The translations under genes were made by a program, and so were the position numbers. 32,000 bases of DNA from Erysipelothrix larvae (lineage in GTDB: Bacteria > Bacillota_I > Bacilli_A > Erysipelotrichales > Erysipelotrichaceae): positions 1,410,001 through 1,442,000 of the forward strand of contig NZ_CP013213.1 of the NCBI RefSeq assembly GCF_001545095.1. Direction: 5' to 3'. Below, in pieces: positions 7,176 to 14,437 of this stretch. Under the pieces are notes generated by a model. That model did not search any database and was not told where the DNA came from. It worked only from the letters and a program-made list of their open reading frames with translations. Every line of letters begins with the position of its first letter. The stretch's first letter is position 1.

Positions 7176-7925
7176 CTATATCAGCAACAAACCATCTAAA
7201 TCTAAAATCTCAATCTTTCTGTTTCTTTTTTGCTTTATATAACCTGCCTCTTCAAAATCAGCAAACTTTCTACTTATCGTTTCAGGTGTAGTTCCTAAGT
7301 AAGAGGCTAAATCCTTTCTATTCATTGGCAATTCAATTTCCATTGAACCCTCATCACCATCCAAGCATTCTGCAAGAAACAGCGCTATTCTAGAATCCAC
7401 CTTCTCTGTGGCAAATCTGGTTGTTTGTTTTTCTGATGTTTCCAATCGGTTAGAAAACTCTGATAAGAACTTCAAGGATATCGTAGGGTACTTTAATAAA
7501 AATTCTTGTAAATCATTTTTACTAATCATACACACATCAGTATCACTCATTGCTTCTGCATACGCTTCATGGATTGATTCACGAAACAAAGCAAGTTCTC
7601 CAGTAAAATCTCCTGGATTTAAAATTCTCAATAATTGTTCTTTTCCAGACTCAGATAAACGGTAGATTCTAATTTTACCCTTACTTACAACATATAAGGC
7701 ATTGGATGTATCTCCCTCCCGATAAACCACTTCACCCTTTTTATATGAAATTGACCTCATTACTTTCATAATTTCATCCATCTGTTCTTCTTCTAAATGA
7801 TTAAAGATTGGAACAACACTGATACATGAAGTCTGTGAATCTGAGTTATCTCTGCGATGATGAGTGTGAGAGGAAGTATTACACCCATTCTTTCTTTTGT
7901 CTTGTATAGAATCCTTTTTTGGCAT
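7176..7925 (-). CDS. Crp/Fnr-family transcriptional regulator (FNR-like) with Cys/His-rich N-terminal extension
   Basis: cNMP-binding-type beta-barrel region followed by a C-terminal HTH MNRKDLASYLGTTPETISRKF carrying the FNR E--SR motif (E215, S218, R219). The N-terminus is GC15NTSSH20TH22H23...SC34ISVVPIF, and Cys132 lies in DTDVCMISKNDL. The start ATG abuts the upstream stop (TAAATG). Confidence 0.9.
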   Translation of the reverse strand: MPKKDSIQDKRKNGCNTSSHTHHRRDNSDSQTSCISVVPIFNHLEEEQMDEIMKVMRSISYKKGEVVYREGDTSNALYVVSKGKIRIYRLSESGKEQLLRILNPGDFTGELALFRESIHEAYAEAMSDTDVCMISKNDLQEFLLKYPTISLKFLSEFSNRLETSEKQTTRFATEKVDSRIALFLAECLDGDEGSMEIELPMNRKDLASYLGTTPETISRKFADFEEAGYIKQKRNRKIEILDLDGLLLI

Positions 7926-8165
7926 TTAGATACCCCTTTCATACCTTATTGTGAACTTGTTTATCTTTTCAAAATATTCATGAATCCAGTAAATGCAAGT
8001 AGATTCATACGGAATTGTAATTGGGTTATCGCCATAGCCTAGACTTTCCATAGAATTTTTTAGACGACCTATTTCTTGCTTAAGTCCTCGGATGGCGGTC
8101 ATTATTTCTTCTTTTGTTTTTCCTTTGAGATACTCTTCATAGTGACTTTCCGGACTAATCATCAT
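7926..8165 (-). CDS. Hypothetical 79-aa protein, co-transcribed between the XRE gene and the FNR-like gene
   Basis: AGGAGG 9 nt upstream of the ATG. The stop is directly adjacent to the FNR-like start. No recognisable motif. Confidence 0.6.
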   Translation of the reverse strand: MMISPESHYEEYLKGKTKEEIMTAIRGLKQEIGRLKNSMESLGYGDNPITIPYESTCIYWIHEYFEKINKFTIRYERGI

Positions 8166-8180
8166 ATTAGACTGCCTCCT

Positions 8181-8405
8181 TTATTCGTTAGATATTTTTA
8201 TTTCATCTCCATCTGGTAAAATAAATGCCTGCACAAACTTGACACCTAGCACATCAGCAATGGCCTTCAACTCATCCAAGGTTACCGTTTCACGTTGTAA
8301 TTTCTTATTGAAATTTTGTGGAGTCTGGCCGATACGTCTGGCAAGTTCAGAAACGCTTATATTCATTTGCTCACACAGTTCTTTAATCATTTCTGCCGTA
8401 GTCAT
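8181..8405 (-). CDS. XRE-family helix-turn-helix DNA-binding protein (74 aa)
   Basis: HTH ISVSELARRIGQTPQNFNKKLQR. GGAGG SD upstream. This small HTH type is common on Firmicute mobile elements. Confidence 0.8.
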   Translation of the reverse strand: MTTAEMIKELCEQMNISVSELARRIGQTPQNFNKKLQRETVTLDELKAIADVLGVKFVQAFILPDGDEIKISNE

Positions 8406-8433
8406 ACAGCACCTCCAAGTTTACGCTAAGAAT

Positions 8434-8462
8434 ATTGTAAACCATTTGGTTGATAAATACAA
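8434..8462 (-). promoter_or_regulatory. Sigma-70-type promoter of the XRE / 79-aa / FNR-like operon
   Basis: Minus strand: TTGTAT (8462-8457), 17-nt spacer, TACAAT (8439-8434). The spacer contains the inverted repeat AACCA-tt-TGGTT (8440-8451), a possible operator. Confidence 0.5.
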
Positions 8463-8494
8463 TAGTTATTAAAATATTATTATAATCAGCAAGC

Positions 8495-8530
8495 AAAAGA
8501 AAACCCACAACTCTACTGTAGAGTCATGGG
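8495..8530 (-). terminator. Rho-independent terminator ending the recombinase operon
   Basis: Minus-strand RNA CCCAUGACUCU acagu AGAGUUGUGGG forms an 11-bp stem with two G-U pairs, followed by UUUUCUUUUG. It lies ~18 nt after the stop at 8548. Confidence 0.75.
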
Positions 8531-8547
8531 CTATTTACTTCTGGTTT

Positions 8548-10110
8548 TCATATTTCCATTTCGATGCCAGATTTGAAGGCTATGACGAAGTGGTCTTCAT
8601 AGACTGTAACGCTCTGGATTATCTTCCTTACAAGCTTATCATCATATTCTAAGGTGCGGAATTTGTTCTTGCGGATAAATTCAATCAGCTCATTGATTCG
8701 CTCGTTCTCGCCACTGAGGGAGGCATCTTCTACTAAAAGGAGCTGTCGCTTGTCTCTCAGCTCATCAATCTCATCTGCTAGGTGTTCATAGTCTTGACCC
8801 TTGTTCGCCAGCTTGATAAGTTCTTTTTGCTTTTCCTCCAGTAAGTTGTTAATCTCTGAAATTTGATACTCTGTGGTTTCACCAATCACAGCATGAATGT
8901 TCTCTTCCAGGGTCTTTATCATGTTGTTGCCACCAGCAAGTAGCTTATTAATTGCGGTCATTACAGCACCATAGAGTTCATCTTCTTTTACGGTTCGGTT
9001 CTTACAAACTTCAGGACCTTGCTCGATTCTAGTCACACATCGCCAGACAAATTCTTTTCTGCCATGAATATTCCAATAGGTTCTCCTATAAATATCGCCA
9101 CAATCTCCACAGAAGGTAATGGCACTTAAAGCGTACTTGCTGCTGTAAATTCTTTTGTTCTTACCTTCTCCTGTGTAGATATTGCTTCTTCGATGAATTT
9201 CCTCCTGCACCTGTAAGAATAATTCTTTGGGAATGATAGCCTCATGGCTATTTTCAACATAATACTGAGGAAGATGACCTTCGTTCTTCACTCGTTTCTT
9301 GGTAAGAAAATCTACTGTGACAGTCTTTTGCAGAAGGGCGTCTCCGATGTATTTTTCGTTTTGAAGGATCTTCTTAACGGATTCTGGTCGCCATCTTGGT
9401 TTTCCTGCTGCTGTTAAAATACCATCCTTTTCAAGACCTCGACCAATGCGCACTAGACTCTGACCTTCAAGGTACTCTCGGTAGATGCGTTTGATAATCT
9501 CAACTTCCTCGGGAACAATGATTAAATTGCCATCTTCATCTTTGGTGTAGCCCATAAATCGTTTATGGTTGACCTGTACCTTTCCTTGTTGGTATCGGTA
9601 CTGAAGTCCAAGTTTAACGTTTTGTGAAAGGCTCTGGCTTTCCTGTTGTGCTAGAGATGCCATAATAGTCAGCAAAACCTCACCTTTGGCATCCATGGTG
9701 TTAATGTTCTCTTTTTCAAAATAGACGGATATGTTCTTATCCTTGAGCTGTCTAATGTATTGAAGACAGTCTAGGGTGTTACGTGCAAATCGGCTGATGG
9801 ATTTTGTAATAACCATGTCGATGTTTCCGTCCATGCACGCTGCAATCATACGATTAAATTCGTCACGCTTTTTGGTGTTCGTACCGGAGATACCATCATC
9901 TGCAAAGATTCCAGCAAACTCCCATTCAGTATTCTTCTTTATAAACTCCGTGTAGTGTGCGACCTGAACCTCATAGCTAGAATTTTGTTCTTCCGTTTCT
10001 GTAGAAACACGGCAATAGGCAGCAACACGAAGTTTCTTTATCTTTTCTTTTGCGGCTGTACTTCCCACTCTTTTACGAGCAGGAATGACCATTATATTTT
10101 TCTCTGTCAC
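8548..10110 (-). CDS. Large serine recombinase (integrase), copy 2
   Basis: Resolvase catalytic domain ([25 protein letters not shown]), recombinase domain, Zn ribbon (CGDCG...C...C) and C-terminal coiled coil. GTG start 1 nt after the upstream stop, with GAGGA SD. Confidence 0.9.
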   Translation of the reverse strand: MTEKNIMVIPARKRVGSTAAKEKIKKLRVAAYCRVSTETEEQNSSYEVQVAHYTEFIKKNTEWEFAGIFADDGISGTNTKKRDEFNRMIAACMDGNIDMVITKSISRFARNTLDCLQYIRQLKDKNISVYFEKENINTMDAKGEVLLTIMASLAQQESQSLSQNVKLGLQYRYQQGKVQVNHKRFMGYTKDEDGNLIIVPEEVEIIKRIYREYLEGQSLVRIGRGLEKDGILTAAGKPRWRPESVKKILQNEKYIGDALLQKTVTVDFLTKKRVKNEGHLPQYYVENSHEAIIPKELFLQVQEEIHRRSNIYTGEGKNKRIYSSKYALSAITFCGDCGDIYRRTYWNIHGRKEFVWRCVTRIEQGPEVCKNRTVKEDELYGAVMTAINKLLAGGNNMIKTLEENIHAVIGETTEYQISEINNLLEEKQKELIKLANKGQDYEHLADEIDELRDKRQLLLVEDASLSGENERINELIEFIRKNKFRTLEYDDKLVRKIIQSVTVYEDHFVIAFKSGIEMEI

Positions 10111-10111
10111 T

Positions 10112-10528
10112 TTATTCCTCGCTTTCTATCAGACTGTATAAGTATTCTGCTCGTTCAAAAGGATCCACGGGCATCTTATTATCTGCCTTTTTCATTTTGA
10201 ATCGTTCTTTGGGAGGGGGAGAGGTAAAAGCGGCAAGCTCTACCACTCGTCCTAAATCCTTTGCACGTTTATCTCTAACTTCTTCAGCTTTATCAAATAT
10301 CTCTTTATCAATAATTGCTGGATACGTATCATTTCCAAGGTAGTTGACGTTTTTCAAAATACGTCCCATTACTGAGTGTGTCTTATCAATACCTGCCTGT
10401 TCGCCAGCCACTGTAAGGGATAGTCCTGATATGTATTTCTCAAAGAATACCTTTACTTGACCTGCTGCCTTTTCATCGACAGTAACCACTCCGTCTTGAA
10501 TTTTGTATCCATATGGAATATATGCCAT
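10112..10528 (-). CDS. Recombinase-domain-only protein (no catalytic resolvase domain, no Zn ribbon)
   Basis: 138 aa beginning [35 protein letters not shown]...[10 protein letters not shown]...[12 protein letters not shown]. This is the pattern that follows the catalytic domain in large serine recombinases. The ATG is immediately adjacent to the upstream TAA. Confidence 0.7.
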   Translation of the reverse strand: MAYIPYGYKIQDGVVTVDEKAAGQVKVFFEKYISGLSLTVAGEQAGIDKTHSVMGRILKNVNYLGNDTYPAIIDKEIFDKAEEVRDKRAKDLGRVVELAAFTSPPPKERFKMKKADNKMPVDPFERAEYLYSLIESEE

Positions 10529-12094
10529 TTATCTCACCACCTTTTCTTTCAGGGAAAGACCGCATTTCAAATTGAATGTCAGCTCATCCCTGGAATTTAC
10601 AATGATGTTCTCTACAAATTCTTCAAATAGTTCTTCCGTGTAGTCACCATTAAAATTATCTGCTGACACATAATTAATGAGGTCCTTTATATCGTTTGCT
10701 CGTAAAACCCCACTCGTAGAGTTCGTTACCAGGTTTGTTTTTTCAGTTGTAAGATTTTTTATCTCACTATCCAAGACATTACGTTCCTGATTAAAAAGAG
10801 CTGGCTCAAGGAAACCTTTGGCCATCAGTGTAATAAGGGTGTTGCGTTCTTCCATGAGTTGCTCCATTCGCTTATCAATAGCATCCATTCTTTCACGGTC
10901 GCTTTCTTCATCAATTTGGCTAATTGATTTGAATAGCGGTTCTAAGATTAGCTTATGACTGAAAGCAAGCTTATTCATCATGGTTGTCAATGTGGCTTTT
11001 ATTTCTCCATCTCGCAAGAACAACATGGAGCAACTCTCTTTGTCTTCGATATGACCGATGCAACTCCAAGCAATGTAACTCCTACCAGCTGAGTAGTTTG
11101 TCTTTCTCCTAAAATTGCGACCACACTCTCCACAGACAATCTTGCCACTTAAAGCATATCGATTAAGATAAACGTTCTTTTTCACGCCCTTACACTTCAT
11201 CTTGGCTCTTTCATCAATGAGATCTTGTGCCTTAGCAAAGTCTTCTCTACTTATAATAGGTTCATGATTGTCCTTGTAATAGTACTGGTCTTTTTCACCT
11301 GTATTCGAATGGCGGTTGTAGTTACTATCAGTGTAGGTCTTTTGTAACAAAACATCTCCCATGTATTTTTCGTTTCGGAGCATGTCTATCACCGTGCCTG
11401 CACTCCAGTGATTACCTCTTCTTGCTGGGATTTTGTCTTTGTTCAAACCTCTTGCTATAGTACCTCCACCTTTCCCTGAAAGGCACTCAGTAAAAATACG
11501 TTTGATGATTTCTGCTTCTTCTGGGACGATTACCATTTCACCATCTGTATTGGTGTAGCCGTAGGGTGGAGTACCAACATAACTGCCATTTTGAAATCTC
11601 TTTTGAATGGACCATGTTGAGTTTTGTGAAATAGATGCAGACTCTTCTGCAGCAAACCCTGAAAGAATAGAAAGCATCAGTTCACTTTCCATATCACCCG
11701 TATTTAGATTCTCTTTTTCAAAATAAATATAAACACCGATATCAATCAGTTTTCTTACTAACTCTAGACAATCTACTGTATTACGAGCAAAGCGGCTGAT
11801 TGATTTGGTGATAATAAAATCAATCCGACCTTGCTTACAATCTCGTATCATACGGAGCAGTTCAGTCCGTTTCTCCATCTTGGTGCCGGAGATCCCTTCG
11901 TCATAATAAAGACCAGCAAATACCCATTCTGGATTAGACTTAATATAGCGCTCATAGTGTTCACGCTGTGCTTTAAGGCTTTCAAGCTGTTCATCACTAT
12001 CGGTTGAGACCCTGGCATAGGCGGCAACCCTAAGTTTCGTATTAGGTAGTTGTCCCTGGGGCAGTTCATCTATTTTTGTTATCTTTTTCATCAT
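10529..12094 (-). CDS. Large serine recombinase (integrase), copy 1
   Basis: LRVAAYARVSTDSDEQ catalytic Ser motif, [10 protein letters not shown], recombinase domain (PPYGYTNTDGEMVIVPEEAEIIKRIF), Zn ribbon (CGECG...C...C) and coiled-coil tail. GAGGTGA SD. Confidence 0.9.
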   Translation of the reverse strand: MMKKITKIDELPQGQLPNTKLRVAAYARVSTDSDEQLESLKAQREHYERYIKSNPEWVFAGLYYDEGISGTKMEKRTELLRMIRDCKQGRIDFIITKSISRFARNTVDCLELVRKLIDIGVYIYFEKENLNTGDMESELMLSILSGFAAEESASISQNSTWSIQKRFQNGSYVGTPPYGYTNTDGEMVIVPEEAEIIKRIFTECLSGKGGGTIARGLNKDKIPARRGNHWSAGTVIDMLRNEKYMGDVLLQKTYTDSNYNRHSNTGEKDQYYYKDNHEPIISREDFAKAQDLIDERAKMKCKGVKKNVYLNRYALSGKIVCGECGRNFRRKTNYSAGRSYIAWSCIGHIEDKESCSMLFLRDGEIKATLTTMMNKLAFSHKLILEPLFKSISQIDEESDRERMDAIDKRMEQLMEERNTLITLMAKGFLEPALFNQERNVLDSEIKNLTTEKTNLVTNSTSGVLRANDIKDLINYVSADNFNGDYTEELFEEFVENIIVNSRDELTFNLKCGLSLKEKVVR

Positions 12095-12152
12095 CTCACC
12101 TCGCTTTCGCCCATTACATACATCACTCTAAAAGCTATTAATAGCAAGCTTT

Positions 12153-12368
12153 TTAGAACATAATCTCGGCTAAACGGGGAGAAAATTTCTGCCTGTTCAA
12201 GGCTGATATTTTGTGTAATTCATCCGCTGTGATTTTGCCTTCTTTATATAGGTTTGCGACAATACTCTCTGCTATGTGAAAGTCATATTCCTTTTGCAGT
12301 TCTTCCTCTGTCATCTGCTCGGTTTTGCCCTTTAAAGGACAGCCGTCTTTTACTTCATAAATGTTCAT
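12153..12368 (-). CDS. Hypothetical 71-aa protein heading the recombinase operon (possible recombinase accessory factor)
   Basis: ATG 12368 with GGAGGT SD 8 nt upstream (MNIYEVKDGCPLKGK...KITADELHKISALNRQKFSPRLAEIMF). The longer track version (to 12467) overlaps the polymerase 3' end and was rejected. Confidence 0.6.
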   Translation of the reverse strand: MNIYEVKDGCPLKGKTEQMTEEELQKEYDFHIAESIVANLYKEGKITADELHKISALNRQKFSPRLAEIMF

Positions 12369-12407
12369 AGAAAAACACCTCCTACCTAGTAGCCACGGCA
12401 GGAGGTG
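12369..12407 (-). terminator. Intrinsic terminator whose 3' arm is the SD of the next ORF
   Basis: Minus-strand RNA CACCUCCUGCC-guggcuacua-GGUAGGAGGUG-UUUUUCU-AUG forms an 11-bp stem. One pair is G-U on this strand but an A-C mismatch on the other. It starts 16 nt after the polymerase stop codon. Confidence 0.65.
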
Positions 12408-12421
12408 AAATCTGATGGTTT
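12382..12421 (-). repeat. Conserved intergenic repeat, copy A
   Basis: Aligns with 16676-16715 as identical blocks of 13 (CTACCTAGTAGCC), 3, 7 (GAGGTGA), 7 (AATCTGA) and 5 (GGTTT) nt, with 2 mismatches and two 3-nt indels. Same orientation. Confidence 0.8.
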
Positions 12422-12423
12422 TA

Positions 12424-14364
12424 TTAATCTTTTTGATAAAAGTCACATTCATAGCCATCGGCATCAAGTAGCAGCCCTTTTGCCCAAGGTGGCACTTGAC
12501 TCATCTGTTTACATACTTCAGTAACCGATATTTGAGGATTCGCTTCAATAATTACTTCATCATGGACATGAGCCACAATAGGATAAGTACTAAGCATCTT
12601 CATTGAATACATCAAAATATCACGGGAGATGGCTTGAACAATATTCTCTACAAACTTAGGACCGTAACTTTCAAGACGCTCCCATTTCTTTGTTCCACCT
12701 ACTCCTTCATAGGTAACAGACTCACCACCAAACTGATTCTCACCAATTCGAGGTTTTACATAGGCAAGCCTTCTGCCGGAGGGAAGAACGATAAAAAGCA
12801 TGCCACTAAGACAATGAAACTCGATGCCATGGGTTTCTTGTGATTTATTTTCCTTTACGCATTGTTTAGCCGCCCGATCTACATCCCACCAGAACTGTGT
12901 GATGTTGGGATTAGACATTCTCCAGGCATTCACAAGCGGTTTTAATTCTTCCTCTTCAAGCCCCATCTCTAATGCGCCCATGGCTTTTAATGCACCAACA
13001 GAACCACCATAGCCAAGTGCCAATTCAGCAATTTTACCCTTCTGTCTCAAGTGACCGTTCACACCATGCTTTTCAACGGAAACACCAAACATCTGTGAGG
13101 CAGATGCACAGTAGATATCACCACCACTAGCAAATACATCCGTTCGCCATGTCTCACCTGCAAGCCATGAAAGCACACGAGCCTCAATGGCTGAAAAGTC
13201 AGCCACAATAAACTTATGACCAACTCTTGGTACAAAGGCTGTACGAATTAGTTGTGAGAGTGTATCGGGTATATCTTCATAGAGCAGTTCTAGTGTTTCA
13301 ACATCACCATTTCTGACAATAGTTCGCGCCTCTTTTAAATCTGGCATATGGTTCTGAGGGAGATTTTGCAATTGCACAAGCCTACCGGCAAAGCGACCGG
13401 TTCTGTTAGCTCCATAAAACTGAAACATTCCCCTGGCGCGAGAATCTGCACAAACCGCATTTTCCATTGCTGTATATTTCTTTACCGAGGATTTTGCCAG
13501 TTGCTGACGAAGTGAAAGAACTTCATTTAGTTCACCATCTGTTTCCTCAAGTTTCTCAGCGACAGCCTTTTTCCCGAGTGTCTCCATCTCTAGACCGTTA
13601 TCTGAAAGCCAGCCTTTCATCTGTTGTACGGAGTTTGGGTTTTCGAGATGTGTTATCTGCTGCATGGCGGTTAGTAGTTTTTCATGAGAGATGTCATCCA
13701 TAGCGATGGCCTGCTTAACAAAATCCATATCCACCTTTATGCCTCGATCGTTAATTTCTTGGTCGAGATGATACTCATCCCAGATGTCCTCTGGCACTGG
13801 AAACTTGATCAATCTTTGTTGTATCTGGATTTCTGCCTCCACATCACGCTTGTTATATGCTTTAAACTGCTGCCATTTATCTCTTTCATCGGTTGGCAAA
13901 TTACGAGTTCTACCACCATTTATTTTTGTTGGAGTACATGGAAGACAAAAATATCGTATCAGGTCTTTACCCTCCGTCAGCTTTTGCTTTTCAAGGCCTA
14001 GCACTGCACCTACACCTTCTAAAGAAAGAGGAAGTCCCATATAGGCAGACCAAACCATGGAACATTTCCATGAGGAAGGATTTAGATAAGTCCCAGTGGG
14101 ATAGCCCAAATAACGTGAAAGGCATACTCGCTCAAACTGAGCATTAAATGCCCACTTCGTAATGGTTTCATCGGTTAAGGCATCTAGGATTTCTTTTGGA
14201 ATCTTTTCTCCATTCATCAAATCGATGACCTTAACTTCATCACCGTCAACCGCATAACCAAACAGCATCACCTCAAAATCATCTGCTTCTACGTAACGAT
14301 AAACACCACTTTTTTGTAGATTGGTAGATGAATAGGTTTCGATATCAATTTCTAAGTTCTTCAT
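12424..14364 (-). CDS. Family A DNA polymerase (phage PolA-like, with 3'-5' exonuclease domain)
   Basis: Exo I DIETYS; motif A IVADFSAIEARVLSWLA; motif B RQKGKIAELALGYGG; motif C VAHVHDEVIIE. Start set at ATG 14364 (AAGGTGG 6 nt upstream); the track start at 14478 overlaps the upstream gene. Confidence 0.92.
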   Translation of the reverse strand: MKNLEIDIETYSSTNLQKSGVYRYVEADDFEVMLFGYAVDGDEVKVIDLMNGEKIPKEILDALTDETITKWAFNAQFERVCLSRYLGYPTGTYLNPSSWKCSMVWSAYMGLPLSLEGVGAVLGLEKQKLTEGKDLIRYFCLPCTPTKINGGRTRNLPTDERDKWQQFKAYNKRDVEAEIQIQQRLIKFPVPEDIWDEYHLDQEINDRGIKVDMDFVKQAIAMDDISHEKLLTAMQQITHLENPNSVQQMKGWLSDNGLEMETLGKKAVAEKLEETDGELNEVLSLRQQLAKSSVKKYTAMENAVCADSRARGMFQFYGANRTGRFAGRLVQLQNLPQNHMPDLKEARTIVRNGDVETLELLYEDIPDTLSQLIRTAFVPRVGHKFIVADFSAIEARVLSWLAGETWRTDVFASGGDIYCASASQMFGVSVEKHGVNGHLRQKGKIAELALGYGGSVGALKAMGALEMGLEEEELKPLVNAWRMSNPNITQFWWDVDRAAKQCVKENKSQETHGIEFHCLSGMLFIVLPSGRRLAYVKPRIGENQFGGESVTYEGVGGTKKWERLESYGPKFVENIVQAISRDILMYSMKMLSTYPIVAHVHDEVIIEANPQISVTEVCKQMSQVPPWAKGLLLDADGYECDFYQKD

Positions 14365-14369
14365 AGCTA

Positions 14370-14396
14370 CCACCTTTCCTAAATGAAAAAAGGTGG
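14370..14396 (-). promoter_or_regulatory. SD-sequestering hairpin in front of the polymerase gene
   Basis: Minus-strand RNA CCACCUUU-uuucauuuagg-AAAGGUGG-uagcu-AUG. The 8-bp stem has the polymerase SD as its 3' arm, and no U-tract follows. Confidence 0.4.
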
Positions 14397-14437
14397 CAGA
14401 GGGAAGACCTCCACCACCGTCAAGTTTATTGTTTCTA

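Noticed and set aside
7040-7291. 83-aa plus-strand ORF across the 7010-7175 intergenic region
   Set aside because: It runs through the FNR box, the bidirectional terminator and the 3' end of the FNR-like gene. It has no SD and a nonsense-like composition.
12369-12467. N-terminal extension of the small ORF (track 12153-12467)
   Set aside because: The extension overlaps the polymerase 3' end and runs through a terminator hairpin. The internal ATG at 12368 has a proper GGAGGT SD.
13467-14147. Several plus-strand ORFs (13467-13703, 13684-14001, 13784-14044, 13893-14147)
   Set aside because: All are antisense to the polymerase gene, which carries the exonuclease motif and motifs A, B and C.
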